Counted from the whole stretch's first letter, positions 34,267-48,024 are shown. The stretch: 60,396 nucleotides of DNA, filler included, from Basidiobolus ranarum (GCA_040143965.1; 4 parts of 4 records of this genome joined end to end with filler, not necessarily neighbours in it), one strand, 5' to 3'. Numbers and translations are program-made. The notes: generated from the sequence alone by a model not told the origin.

Positions 34267-36323
34267 TATGGAAGATAGAGTGGAGAACATGATAGAGTCG
34301 AGTTTATATAGGCATTTGCTTCTGGCTTTGGAGTACACATAGGAAAGTCGCGCTATACTGGTCGACAGCGCTATTTTTGTATATCCAACTTAAAATGATT
34401 TTCAAAGAAACGTCACATATTGCTCGTCATCGTCAATGGTCCAGTTATGGCAACTCTGATCACCCACATTTGTTTGTTTGCCCTTATCACACACAACCAT
34501 TAGGTGGATTTCGGGGTATGATGTATACACTGATTTGCACTTTGAATGATCAGATATGTAAAAATAAGATTCTCCATTCCTAATCATTAGGTGTTATATG
34601 GGGAAATCCTCATATATGGCCAATCAAGAGATATCGGTGATTATAAATAGTGGCTAGTAGTTACGGAAGGAGAGCGACCGACTCCATGTATCGTGACAGT
34701 TTATGTAACAATAAATCTAACCACTGAGTTATAATCCTTTTTCCCCCCTTAGCTTCCCCTCGCTCATTAGAGCACCCCTAGGTGGCCGGCTTCGCTCCCC
34801 CATTTTTCGCTCGGGTTGGCCCCCGCTTTGTCCGGCTCAATGATTGCTTTGAAGCAAAGGGAACCTTACCACCCAGTTACGCCACATCATATCTAACTAT
34901 CCTCTGATAACTGCACTAATTTATCAATATTAGTGGGAGCCTCCCTGTAGAAAGCGCTGGTACTTTCTATCCAAGATTGAGTTAATGTGATGTTGGCTGT
35001 AGTCTGCTTATTTTATGTGTATCAAGAAAAATTAGCAAATACATGACCCGATACAAGTTCTCTGTGCCAAAAGCTAATCACGTGCAACTTCCTTGCTAGG
35101 TATCACGGTTTAGGTTTTCGGTCACCTCTGTAAAATAGTGAGTCGTTCCTTGTGTGATTGCTTTACTAGCCTAATTACATTCCACTAGATAAACAGGGAG
35201 CAACATCAAAAGAATGATAATTACATGAAACCAACTCTGCAGTTAGTATTATTTCACCAAGGATATGCACCTACTAACATTATTCTTGAACTTCTCACTA
35301 AGCCGGGCGCACATTAAATCGGTTAGCACTGGGCGCTCTGTGAGCCTAAGGTTTCGAAAGCAGCATATGGCGCTCCTATTACTGTCGCTTCAGATCAATG
35401 AGACATGTGAGAAGCAATTATAACAAGAATAGGTACTTGAATTTGTGAAAGGCGTCATTCACTGATAATCTGTACACATATTTGGCTAGTTTATAGTTAA
35501 ATTTTGGAATACTATGGTTAAAAAATATACCATTAAACTGGGCTAAACTGAATGCTACTTAATTGAAGAACTGAACTGAAGGCAACGCCTGAGAAGGAAA
35601 TCGGATAGAATAACGTGACTGATCAATGTTCGGTGATTGGCCCTCAACTGGAATGATTCAGCTTAGCAAACTAGAATCAGCTTTGATAGAAAGTCAGGTT
35701 CTTTGGAATCATTTGCGCTTGGCACGACACCTTCTGCTCCAATAGTTCGCTGACTGCCAAAAAGTAGCTTGAATGTATGATGACAACTTGGATGGAATGT
35801 ACTAATGTTATTCAATACATTCATAGCATCCATGCCTCTCTAAAGCGAGAACAAGCTCGCAAGATACACAAGGAACGTGGAATCAGCAACACAGACAAAG
35901 ATACTTCTTGAATCACTGACTCCAGAAGCAAGCATGCTCATTTGCTGGATGTCGATCAGATTGGGATTGTCGCTGTTCTAGCTGACTTCTGTGGAGTTTT
36001 CTCTCTCATATCAGTATGTAAAGACTTCTAGAGGCAACTCTCGTTGATCAACTCCATCCAATTACCTAGACTCATACTGGAATACTTGTACACTACTTGT
36101 TGAAAGCGATCTATCCATAATAATACTGCGGATTGAAACGGAAAACCATTACAATCAGTTCACTTTATAGCTTGGCTATACTCTTTGTGACCCTATCTCG
36201 TACGTAACACAAAATAGCATGGCGACGTCTGAACTCCCAGCTTTTCTCACCTGATATTTCATATAAAACCTCAATAAGGCACTTCCCTACTTGCATAAAA
36301 ACTTAACCCACACATTCTTAACT

Positions 36324-37118
36324 ATGGTGACTAAACCTCGTGCACCAATTGTAAGTTTACTAGCGAATGCAGGATACCCTTTTTTAGTGTTTCTGTCGCT
36401 GTTCGCATTATCCTCAGTGTCTACGAATTTTGTTTATTACTTTTCCTCAGCGGATGGAAGAGCTGATATGGTTGCAGATATGAAGGCCAATAACCCGTCT
36501 ATGCTTCACCTGAATAATACTGAAGGACTTATTACACAAGAGGTCTACTTGAAAGCTCCAATCACCGTTCAGGGTTTCCATCTTGCACCAGTTCTGATAT
36601 GGTCGATAGCGTTTCCTTTACAACTATCTGCTCGGATCAGACGGCTATCACTTAAACTGCATCGATGGATAGGTCGTTTAGCTCTACTCTGTTCATTGAG
36701 TCTGAGCATCAGTGGCATTTTGATATGCTTCTGGAATGTTGCTTACTCTGTAGAAGCCGATTCCGAGATCACAACATTCTTTACTTTTGATAAAGGTTCT
36801 TACGCATTATCCGTATGGTTTCTCTTTACAAATTGGAAAGCTTTTACTTCTGCGAGAGCTCGTAAAATCACTGAGCACAAAAGATGGGTGCTTCGACACG
36901 CAGCCGGAGGTTATTCTGTGATGGTGATGAGAATATTCATGGTTATTTATACGGGAGTGGCTGAAGCTATTGACTGGGAATTCAAAACTGATGTAAATAT
37001 GAAGCAACTTTTCTTTGGCTGGTCTTTATGGGCTGGTAGCATTGTTAATATTTCCACTATGGAGTTCTATCTTCTACGAACGAATACAAACGAGACGTTC
37101 GAGAAAAGACCTAAATGA
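36324..37118 (+). CDS. DUF2306-type polytopic membrane protein
   Basis: About 6 TM segments; FHLAP, LQL..RIR...LHRWIGR, ARARKITEHKRWVLR. Confidence 0.75.
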   Translation: MVTKPRAPIVSLLANAGYPFLVFLSLFALSSVSTNFVYYFSSADGRADMVADMKANNPSMLHLNNTEGLITQEVYLKAPITVQGFHLAPVLIWSIAFPLQLSARIRRLSLKLHRWIGRLALLCSLSLSISGILICFWNVAYSVEADSEITTFFTFDKGSYALSVWFLFTNWKAFTSARARKITEHKRWVLRHAAGGYSVMVMRIFMVIYTGVAEAIDWEFKTDVNMKQLFFGWSLWAGSIVNISTMEFYLLRTNTNETFEKRPK

Positions 37119-40100
37119 TACCAACTTAATCCGGTAAATTTGAAGCTTCAAGTCCACTCACTCCCCATTCTCACATTCATGAATTAAAGAATCAATAAAC
37201 CCAAGAGTGTTTTAGTTATCGAAATCTCTACTTCTGTGACTAGGTGATGTTAAAGTCATTTGTCTGGGTTTAGACTTATGCAGCTTTAGCGGAGCTATTT
37301 GAAGCTTAACTGGATTCTCTGCAGCAGCACCTCCACCCACCACTTGGACCTAACGCTTTGTTGCATCCATGGAGTTGAAGCATATCCGTAGACCGCACAT
37401 ATGACCGTTCGATTTGGATTTACAATATGGCTAAGTCAATTAACTGAAAAATCTGGACTGATTGAGATGAAATAACATCAAAATATCTTTACTTGACTAT
37501 GACTAAATCATTCGTCTATTCTGTACTGAAAACCTTGCTTTCCAGCTGTTTCACAGTTGTGCGAGTAGGCAGTATCTAGGGGTGGTTCACAACCGCTGTC
37601 AGACATTGCTAATAGAACCAAGTTACTGACGATCACATGAGCTGCGCACATATTCGTAGTAACGCATACGCATTGGTGGAATTGATATCACGAGTCTCAT
37701 TAAGTGTATCAAAAAGATTTGGTATCATCAACTGTACTATCAACAAACCGGCGCGGACCATGGACCATATTCTGGTCTGTGAGGGAGTACTATGCAATTT
37801 CTGATGTATCAAGCTATATTTGGGTAAATATTCCGGTAAGTGTCCTAAGGATTTCCTGTTGAAACAAAGAGCTATGTAGATGACTGAAACAGGGGCATCC
37901 CTGTAATGACAATGTGTTATTTAACAATGGTAAAGCTTGGCAAGAAAATGGTTATGGAGTCACTCTACTGAGATTCACAAATAACCGTTCCTCCACGTGG
38001 ATTTCAACTCTTTCATGATTCGCTTATTTCAGTGTGCCCATTTAGCAAGGTGAGCGATTTAAATTATATTTGTTATTATCTACATCCAAAGTTCCATATA
38101 GAGTATATTGTATAGACCATGGCACCTCTACTTTTAGTGGAAATTACCACAACTGTGTACGAACTATTAAGTATACAAACGAGTAACATTGATAAAAGGT
38201 TGAGGCTACCTAATGTATACGTACAAGAAGAGGAGGAATATCTGCATTCACTTACCTATTAGTCCATAAATTGAGAATAAGACGATGTCTATTCCATCAA
38301 ACCAACTAAAGCCATCACTCCAAAAACTGACGATCTTCGCCAACAAATTGTTACAGGCAATATGTTTAAATATAATGCTACGAATTAGACTTCGAACCTT
38401 AGCACGTTTGTGCAGGTAGTGTTAAAGGAGGGAAGGGAATGACGACAATAGGTTTTCAACAGGAATCAACGTCTGATCCAATAGTCATCGAATTCTACAG
38501 AAAATACAAGCTCACTCTAATCTTTTAAGTGTGGCTACTGAAAAATAAGATTATGGTTCTACTTAGAAGCGAATTTGTTGTCTATAAGCTTTCATACTAC
38601 GATGATTCTATGGCCCCAAGTAACTCTAAAGATTCGTCTTGGTCAATATCTAACACTGAGAATGCGTGAATTTCGAGACAATATTATGGTTTTATGATAA
38701 TTGGAATTAGATGGTTCTAAATCTATGAATGACCAGATACTTAAGTATCACTAAGATGTACCAACCATATGACTTGCTTGTAATAAGTAACAGATGGTTA
38801 TGGCTTCGTTATTATTTTCCATCTTGAGTCATTATGAATCTCTTGAGGCATTCAAATCTTAAATCAGCCACTCAAATGATAGATACAGTAAATACAGAAA
38901 TTATTTAAAGTTTATTATCACGAGTTATAGTATGCAAAAGGTGAAAATATGCCCTAGAAATCTTTATTTTATCACCATTAACTTCACTTCTGGCTCAAAT
39001 GTAGAAGTTGGTACAAAAGTGTTAGCAAAGTTGAATAGATTTCCGATGATAACTGTACTAACAAAATAGGAAGCTTTCTCCAACATGGACTGTCAATAAT
39101 GACGGGAGGTTTTTGCGAAATTTCCAAGCTAGGGGTTTTGCGGATTTCCCCGATGATTGCACCGATTCGGCTAGTTACAGATAGATTAGAGTTTTCTTAT
39201 GGATGAAAAGCATCTGTGTTGCATCAAATCAAGTGTATGAAACGGTTAAATTTAAGAGATCACTTTCTACTATATATATCATTTGGGGCATTTTAGGTAG
39301 ATATTTAAGATTGGAGTGTAAGCTTATTAGTTCTTTAAACTTAGTGTTTTCATGAGGTTTTACTATGGTAGCATCATTTCGGAATGATTACGGGTAAAGG
39401 TTTACCGACCGATAACATCACATTACCACTATGATTCGGCGCAAGTGTAACGTTTTGGAGGGATGAATTTACCTTTAAGGTTCAAGCTCCAATGAAGGTA
39501 GCTATAATGGAATTAATATCATTGCCGCTTGAATTGTATTGATTTTCACAGTCTTTACATAGAAAGCCTAAGCATACACTGACTGCAAAAAAGAATTCTC
39601 GCAAGTAGGTTCCCATTCAAGTCTTTTATAACTGGACAAATGGGTCGCCTATTCATTCTTTTGATATCATTCTTAAATGATCGGTAATAAATGCTGGATG
39701 TTCAACTTTCAAATCGGGCACTCTCAGCCGCATGCTAGTGAGTCGAAGTATGTAGTATGTAGGTTAGACACTATATCCTCTACACTAATGGGGGTATTTA
39801 CAAAAAGTAAATTTGATATATCTCCTCGATAGTTAATTCTCTCAACATCTTGGTTTGCTTAGGCACTACTTTGCGTAAGTACGCAATTGGATAAAACCTA
39901 CTAACACTCGCCGTCATCGATACAATAGAAAAACCGAGTACAAAGCATGGCTTACTTGTTTTCCCTGATAAACTGGCCACTGGGAGTAAGTTATCTCGGA
40001 AAGAGAGCCGGAAAGGAAATAGAACATCGAACGTAAATGAATATAAAGTTTATTAAATAAGATAGGTAATAATGGTTAAATACCACACAATTGATGTCAA

Positions 40101-40169
40101 AAGTAAAAAGGGAATTAAAAACAAATGCGAATTAATTGCTATGAAGATATTACTAAAATATTGGCTAAA

Positions 40170-41303
40170 TTAAATGAAGAGGACACCAGAAAAAAGGGAC
40201 ATGCCTAAGAGTACTTGACCAATTCTAAGAACATCAGCACTTGACTTGGAATTAACACTAGCCTGAGCTTGACTTGAAGATTTGGTTGGGACGTTGGCGG
40301 TTGGTGCAGCAGTCTTACCGGAAGCACTGGCAGAAATGGAGGTAACCATCGAGGCAATTGAAGTAGAGGCGGAGGCAGAAACTGAGGAGACTGAGGTGGT
40401 AGAATTTGTGTTTGGAATACCTGTGGAGTTTTTGTAAGGTGCGATACCAATACATTCATGACTCAAAACGAAATGGAAACCATGTCCAGCTAACAAGGTT
40501 TGGATTTGGGGAACTTGTTTGACAGTTTCCACGTAGAGATCGTGTTGAAGTGATATGTATCCAGGGTCATTGTGTGCGTTCAAGTCAGTGCCTTTCGCGA
40601 GGGCATCTTGGAAGGATTTCAAAATAAGAGTAGGACTCTCATTCTTAGCAACAATGTCCCAGTCCAAGGTATCCATATTCCAGAGAAGATTATGGTAGCC
40701 CATAGCAGCCATTACGCCTTTTACACGATCATCGGCTTCACCATAGGGGGGACGAATGAAAGCAGGACTAACGCCAGTAATATTGAGAATAGCGTCTTCA
40801 GTCGCGCGAATCTCAGCAACAATCTGCTCATTAGAGAGTGACATTAAATGAGGATGAGACCATGTATGTTGAGCGATTTGATGGCCTTCATTGTATGCAC
40901 GCTTCACCACATCTGGGAATTTGACTGCATTGGACCCAATCATCAGGAATGTAGCCTTGACGTTGGCAGCCTTTAAAATGTCCAAAAGTTCTGCAGTATG
41001 CTCTGATGGCCCATCATCAAATGTTAGCGCCCATTGGCCTGCTTTGCAGCCATAAACATCATCTGGCTTTGCGCAGTTGCCACAGCTTTCCCAGCATTTC
41101 TCACAGTCACCAGGGCCGCAAGTTGTCTTGGCGCAAGTACCAGCACCAGGCTGCTTAAGTCCAGTATTAGGTACCTTGCTGAGGTCGTATTGCTTTGTCC
41201 ATGCCGGATTTATTGTAGCCAAACTGGCAGCAATATTGGCTTCCTGAGCAAATACTTGAGTGGCAAATACCCATGCAAAGTAAGTGGCAGTTTGATACTT
41301 CAT
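40170..41303 (-). CDS. Chitin deacetylase (CE4/NodB), secreted, Ser/Thr tail and probable GPI signal
   Basis: TFDDGP, HTWSHPHL, RPPYG, DTLDW and LQHD motifs; N-terminal signal peptide; hydrophobic C-terminus. Confidence 0.92.
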   Translation of the reverse strand: MKYQTATYFAWVFATQVFAQEANIAASLATINPAWTKQYDLSKVPNTGLKQPGAGTCAKTTCGPGDCEKCWESCGNCAKPDDVYGCKAGQWALTFDDGPSEHTAELLDILKAANVKATFLMIGSNAVKFPDVVKRAYNEGHQIAQHTWSHPHLMSLSNEQIVAEIRATEDAILNITGVSPAFIRPPYGEADDRVKGVMAAMGYHNLLWNMDTLDWDIVAKNESPTLILKSFQDALAKGTDLNAHNDPGYISLQHDLYVETVKQVPQIQTLLAGHGFHFVLSHECIGIAPYKNSTGIPNTNSTTSVSSVSASASTSIASMVTSISASASGKTAAPTANVPTKSSSQAQASVNSKSSADVLRIGQVLLGMSLFSGVLFI

Positions 41304-43232
41304 GGTAGAAAGAGATGAACTAAAAATTAGACTGACTACTAAGAAACTGAGAGAGGAGAAAGAAAGATATGATGCTATATAACGGACTGTTTGAAGTTCT
41401 TTTAAAGCTTTCTGATCCAAGCCCAATCGTTTCGTGGTTCTCTTCAGGCGTTTTCCAAGTGTTACAACAAATAGAAAGGCACAAGCCTATAATTGCTGCA
41501 AGTGGTAATATTGGATTTAATCAAATTTAATTTGTATCTTGACTTCGCATATGGTTATACAAGGTTCGCCCTCTCAATTGAAGCCATGTTCTCCACCGGT
41601 TTTAAAATCCGGATTAAACACGTAGACATTGACCTTTTTGGGTAATTCAAGGACTGATTACTGTAAGTCAATGATACACCACGATGATTGCAAGTGCACC
41701 CTGCTCAACCATTCGCGTCTCTGGCCTTGAAGTGCTTAGAATCTTTTGATAGACTTTATAATCGTAGAGCTGATGGATTAATGAGAATTACAAATGCGTG
41801 TGGGGCTAAATCCTGGCAGGTGTCTGAAGCGAAACTGACGCCGATAATTTCATCATTAATGAAATGAGATACACGACATACAAATCAGAACCTCACCCAA
41901 AATGGAATCTGCATCACACTACAACTATTGACAAATGCGAATCGAAGTATTAATTTCAGACCAGCTATAGAGGCTGGCCAATCAATACCGATTGATAATG
42001 AGTGTGCATAACAGCAGCCAGTGTGCATTGTTCAACTTCAATACGGTAATCAATCCAGGTGACTTTTCACGGCGATCAAATTGTAAGCTAAATGAAAGCT
42101 TTTGTCAAATCGAGCCAGATCTAAGCCAGATCATCCAGCAGCCGATATCTCTCGTAAGGTAGTCCATGGTCATGTGACTTCTCCTTCTTCTTTCACCCCT
42201 GATTCGAGGTTCATCGGGTGCTAAATATAGACACGAGTGTAAGTAAGTCTGTGATGAACATCGTTACTAGCGCACGGCCAAAAGGTTTTTCCTGGCAGTA
42301 AATGTCTTGCCTCCGATTTGTCCATACTGGTTTCCCAAGCATGCTTTTCCTCGCACTGCACGTTTGACTGGTAGCAATAATCTGAATTCTGATGTTGGTG
42401 ATTTATTTTTAGATGTCTTATGCTGTGGTCAGCCTATATCTACTTAATGAGTAGGCTTTTTCATCTGATGATGTTTCCGATTTGGCAAACTCATATAAAC
42501 ACCTACTCCCGTGACCTGGAGAGGAAGTTTTAAAACCCTTGGGCTTTCTTTTATGATCACACTGTGAGTGATTCTTAGGTAATTTGAAGCTTAAATGTTA
42601 GTTAGGTTAGCGCAATCATGATTTATAAGTATATCTACAAACTCCTTGTTTAACCGGTGACGTAGAATTTTATTTCAAACCTCATCCGCAGAATATCAGC
42701 ATCCCATATGGCGAGGTTCATGATCATTCTGGTAAAATAACAACATAGCCAACATTGCACTATCTAGGATTTGAGGACGGAGGGTAAATGGCTTGTATTG
42801 CGGAAGAAATATGTCCTACCGCTCTATCATAAGTACAGAACGAGTACTGGGAGTCATTCAACATCCTAGGGAGGGTCTAGCGTTGCTGGTTACTCCCATC
42901 CTTAAAATTGAATATACAAGTTAAGCTTAATGTTAGATGTGAATTAAATGTGAATGTTCGAGGGATGTTGCTGGGCGTAGTGTTCATAAAGGGGTTTTTA
43001 GATTCGAATGAGACATTGTCATGGGGGCCACATATCACGTGACTGATCTTGGATGTATTACGATTCTTTTTACAAAGAGTTGAAACGATTTTGATAAACA
43101 ATAATTCCTGAATTATTTCTAGAATTGTCATAAATTGATTGGAGTTTGTCGAAACTCTACTTAAGGAAGTCAATTAACTGCATTATTGACCCGCATGGGC
43201 TTGATATCCATTTCTGATGAATATGTATATAT

Positions 43233-45292
43233 TGTTGAAATTAGCTTTGCCTAAACACCTATATAGTCATATATAGCTTAGCATTTAGTTATCTTACATT
43301 GAACTAAGATATTACCCACTATTCTCAGTTAGAATTTACTTAGAATATTTTTACCAACTTCGAAGTTCTAAGATATATAGATTTTTCAAACTTGCGCTAG
43401 AAGCCCCAAACTTTGCATACATGTTTCTGAGACCTTCCCAAGCACATTCTACATGTTGATTTGCTTGTATCTTGACAAAACTAACAATGTCAACTTTCAA
43501 CTAAATATATCAATAACTGAAAACCACCAATTTCTCTAATTCTCCAAACCACTTCCAACTGGCTCCCATATACTCTACTAGGCTATGAGCCCCAAGCTTA
43601 CACTCCCTGTAATATCAACTTCTCAATTTTTTTTAATTTTGCCCTCTTCTGAAAAACTGGATGGTACCCAATATCAAGTTTGGAAAATTTAAATGAAAAT
43701 GCTGCTGCAAGAAAAAGAACTTTGGGACACTGTTGTAGGAGAACAAATCAATGCAAAATTATCTGAAACCAAAGTTTCACTCCAAGTTAAAAAAGAACAG
43801 AGTGATTTTTATAAAATTTGTCTTAATGTTAAAGACAAATTGCAAATTCAATGTTCAAGAGCTAAAACCACAAGAAAATATGGGAAGTCTTGGAAAACAC
43901 CTATCAAACATGGTCTGCTGCCAACAAGATGTTTCTAAGAAGATAATTCTTCAACTTCAAGATGAAGTTGGAGGAAGATATCAAATGCCTAATTATGGAG
44001 TCACTATTTTAGGGGATAGAATGAAATGCATTGGAATACCTACTATTAATCAGGATATGATAGTTACAGTCCTGAATAGCCTGCCACATAAGTTTCAGAG
44101 CCTATTAATGGCACTGGAATCAAGAACTGAATATTTGACTTCAAATTATGTATTTAGCAGACTTCTGGATAAAGATTTACATGAATTAGTATCCAACCAA
44201 AAGAATGAAGAAAATGTTTAATAGGTCATGAGAAACCTTCCTGTAAAGGTCAAAAGCACTGTAAGAGGAGAAGCAACACAATCCATGATTACTGTAAGAG
44301 AACTAGCAATATAAGCAAAGATTGCTTTAAAAGAATTGCAAAAGAAAAATGTACTAAATTTGGAAATGTAGTTATAACAGAAGACCACTTGTTCATATCT
44401 GCTCTATCTATGACTACCAACAAGGATTCTTGGATATACATACTGATTCTGGAGCCTCCCAACATTTCATCAATGAAAAACATTGGTTTGTGGATTTTGA
44501 TGAAACTCCAATTGGAAAGGTTTTCATAAAAGATGACTATACATTGGATGGCATTGGAATAGGAACAAGTTAAGTCAATTTAACTGATTGTTCTGAAGAG
44601 AAAGTATATACCTTTAAGGATGTATTACATGTTCCAGATATTGCCAACAACTCAATATCTATATCCAAGGCCATCCTAAAAGGACTCAAGTTCAATTTTT
44701 ATAAGTCACAAATCATCATCACTGATCAAAATTAGAGTTATTTTGCCCTGGAAGAAGAGGATCTGAACTTATAAAAACTACATATAAACCAAGAGGTTTA
44801 TGTGTATATATAGGTCATTTCAATTAAGAAACCATTCAACTGTGGCATAAGAGATTTGGTCATATTAGATATGATTATTTGAGCAAAAGGATCAAAAATT
44901 GCCTAATTTCTGGTTTTTGACTTACTCACCAACCAAAATAGTAACTTGTGAGGGTTTCATATATGAAAACAAGCTAGTCAGCTGCTCAAGACATCTGGTT
45001 AAATCAAATCTGTCAAAAAATAGGGTCTAATTCATTCAGATTTGTGTGAACCTAAGCAAAATTGATTGTTATGTGGAAATAGATATTTAATCACATTTAT
45101 TGATGAATATACAAGATATACTTAGGTCTTAATAGACTCTTTCTCAGACAAAAATTCTTCAATAAAAAGATGGAAAAGTCTGAGAGCATGGTGACTCATA
45201 TTGCAAATGTGAGATCTTTGGCAAAACAACTGGAAAATATTGGTGCAACTTTACAGGAAGAAGATGTTATTATGACTCTTCTAAGTAGTCTA
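43233..45292 (+). mobile_element. Degenerate Ty1/copia LTR retrotransposon: 5' LTR 43233-43580, PBS 43581-43592, gag, protease, GAG-pre-integrase, integrase start, then a second gag fragment from about 45135
   Basis: TGTTG start; GGCTATGAGCCC PBS; KMLLQEKELW; DSGASQH (about 44445); LWHKRFGH (about 44840); LIHSDLC...RYLITFIDEYTRY (about 45030-45120); QLENIG...EDVIMTLLSSL. Many stops and frameshifts. Confidence 0.92.
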
Positions 45293-45392
45293 NNNNNNNN
45301 NNNNNNNNNNNNNNNNNNNNNNNNNNNNNNNNNNNNTTAATTAATTAANNNNNNNNNNNNNNNNNNNNNNNNNNNNNNNNNNNNNNNNNNNN
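45293..45392. other. Artificial contig linker
   Basis: 100-nt N/TTAATTAATTAA spacer. Confidence 0.98.
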
Positions 45393-45423
45393 TATAAACA
45401 TCACACTTTTACAGTTATATTAG

Positions 45424-47166
45424 CTCGTGCAATCGGCCAAAGAGGCCTATGATAGAGTCTTGTCCGAAACTCCCAATCACGCAAAGGTGCTTCAGCAACT
45501 CGGTTGGCTTTTTCATCAGCAAAATGCACCTTTTTGCAACCAGGACGCTGCTATCTCGTACTTGACAAAATCTATTGAGGCTGATGGTGCTGATGCGCAA
45601 TCCTGGTATTTACTAGGGCGCTGTTACATGGCTCAACAGAAATACAACAAAGCTTATGAGGCTTACCAACAAGCGGTGTATCGAGATGGTCGCAATCCTA
45701 CATTCTGGTGCTCTATTGGTGTGCTTTATTATCAAATCCATCAATATAGAGATGCTCTAGATGCTTACAGTCGGGCTATTCGTCTTAATCCTTACATCAG
45801 TGAAGTTTGGTATGACTTGGGTACTTTGTACGAATCCTGCAATAATCAGATCAATGATGCTATTGACGCTTATCAACGTGCTGCCGAACTTGATCCTAAC
45901 AATCCTCATATCAAACAAAGACTACTATTACTTCGTAATGCACAAACCGCCGGGTCACAGCCGACTGCTCCAATACCTCAAGATGTTAATTTATCTACTT
46001 ATCAGAACAATAGCAACTTTCCATCTCAATTTCAGCAAGGTGGTGCGACTCAAGGCCCTCCTCAAGGATTTCCTGGATATCCTCCTAGATCATCTGGCGA
46101 AATGCGACCTGGAAACCCACCTCCTATGCCGCATATTTCTAATGATCGTCCCGGCCCCCCTCCACCTCACGAGTTTTCTGGCTATGGACGTCGTTCTCCC
46201 CCTCCCCTTGACCATCCCCCCGCGATAAGAGAGGAAGACGGAAGAATGGGCGAATATCCTGGTGCTCGGGGACCATATGGTGGGGGCGATAGCAGGCCTC
46301 CTTACCCACCACACATGAGTCCAAATCCTCCAATATCTAGACCATCTCAGGTTGAGTCTCCTCATCATAGCAAAGATGTGAGAATGCCGCCGGCTTCTGA
46401 AATGAATTCAGCATACGGTCGTCAGTCTGATAATCTTCCATCTATCATTGGCGAAAAAAGAGAGATAGATGATGCGGCACGAATGAGCAACGGTATTAGC
46501 AATTATCATAACAATGACAATCCAGTTTCCAATGAGCCCTCTTCTAGACCTAACGACGCCAACCTTGGTGATAGAAGAATTCAAAGTATGCATTCACCCA
46601 TCAACCATAATAGACCAAAGCCCGAAACTTACTCCCCTAGCAGTCAAAATTTCAAATACGAGCCATATGATAACAAAAGTCCAAACATTCCTGCTAATGG
46701 GAAAGATTCTAGAAAGGGAATTCCAGATGTTAGAAACGACGATGTCAAAAGTGAGAGCAGAAATATAGAAGGTAAACCAGGGGCACGAAGCGAAAGTGCC
46801 AATGAAACTGGCGGTAACACTACATACGAAAGTACCAAACCACTTGATGAAGATTATGATGGTGCGGACGCTCTTATGAGCATGATGAGTATGAGAAGTG
46901 GCAAGGAGAGCGGTGCCGTAAGCCAAGAGCCAGAAAGATTGCAATCCAATGAAACCAAAAGGAGCCACACCATGCCACCACTGCCCACGAATGATGATTC
47001 TTCAAAAACATCCTCTGTTTCCCCTCATTTGGCCCACTCTCAGAACCACCGAGCTGGAGCTCGTGCAGGCTCTGTTCCCACTGAAAATACCGGCGTTAAC
47101 CTTAGTACTCAAAGCTCCCCTCAATTGCCGACTCAATCTCCTCAACAGCCGAAAAAGCAAGCTTGA
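45424..47166 (+). CDS. SSN6: General transcriptional corepressor Ssn6/Cyc8, last exon (TPR repeats plus Pro-rich tail); 5' exons are outside the contig
   Basis: HAKVLQQLGWL, QSWYLLGRCYM, AYEAYQQAVYRDGRNPTFWCSIGVLY, SEVWYDLGTLYESCNNQ; acceptor TAG at 45421-45423. Confidence 0.93.
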   Translation, partial: LVQSAKEAYDRVLSETPNHAKVLQQLGWLFHQQNAPFCNQDAAISYLTKSIEADGADAQSWYLLGRCYMAQQKYNKAYEAYQQAVYRDGRNPTFWCSIGVLYYQIHQYRDALDAYSRAIRLNPYISEVWYDLGTLYESCNNQINDAIDAYQRAAELDPNNPHIKQRLLLLRNAQTAGSQPTAPIPQDVNLSTYQNNSNFPSQFQQGGATQGPPQGFPGYPPRSSGEMRPGNPPPMPHISNDRPGPPPPHEFSGYGRRSPPPLDHPPAIREEDGRMGEYPGARGPYGGGDSRPPYPPHMSPNPPISRPSQVESPHHSKDVRMPPASEMNSAYGRQSDNLPSIIGEKREIDDAARMSNGISNYHNNDNPVSNEPSSRPNDANLGDRRIQSMHSPINHNRPKPETYSPSSQNFKYEPYDNKSPNIPANGKDSRKGIPDVRNDDVKSESRNIEGKPGARSESANETGGNTTYESTKPLDEDYDGADALMSMMSMRSGKESGAVSQEPERLQSNETKRSHTMPPLPTNDDSSKTSSVSPHLAHSQNHRAGARAGSVPTENTGVNLSTQSSPQLPTQSPQQPKKQA

Positions 47167-48024
47167 TAACAAGCATGGCTGAGTATTTTAGACACATGAC
47201 AACTTAAATCACATATCCTTTTTTTATCTTCGTTTGTTTTGGCGATTCTTTGTAGTTTCTCTTGGTCCCCCACCCATTTTACTTACATACCATTTCTCTG
47301 ATAGTATTCAAATACGTGATATTGAATCTATTTCACTCTTTCATTGTGCAATCACTTTTCCTTTACTCAAACATATTTCCTTGACAAGAATTTACTATTC
47401 TCCCCTTTGTCGTGTCTCCCGATTTGTCCATCTCAAAGATCGTCTCTGCTATATTATTTTTTGTCCTGATTCTAAAACCAGTTGGCTAGTCGTGTAAAAC
47501 TTAAAATTAATAAAAATGCTCACTTAAAAATGGCCCTTTCTCGTGAGCCGAATTAGTCAATGAAGACAACCATGAGAAATGGTATGTGCATAAATTACTC
47601 ACTTATACTACCATAGTGAGCTTGTTAAGTGGTAAATCAAATTATTACTATAGAAGTCCCAAGGAATTTTACAATTCATTTATTAATGTTGGACGAGCTC
47701 TGTAATGCCTCTGTGATAGATTTCTCAAAGTCGAAATATGTTGTTTCTAAAGACAAACAGTAAATAAATTGTTACCAACAAAAACAAGAGTTACTCTCTC
47801 TCCTCTTACCCGTAAACGGTATTTATCAAGTAGCCATTATATCTAGGAAAGTTATGAAGGGGAGGGGGGAACAATCTTAAAACCTCTATATTACATGACA
47901 AGGAAAGATACATAAATATGAAGTTAAAAAAGGACAGAAATAAAAGGAACTAGTTAACTACGTTGCAAAATTCGTATATTGGATGAAAAATATCGTATGA
48001 AGGCAAAGTCGATTCAAAGGTGCC

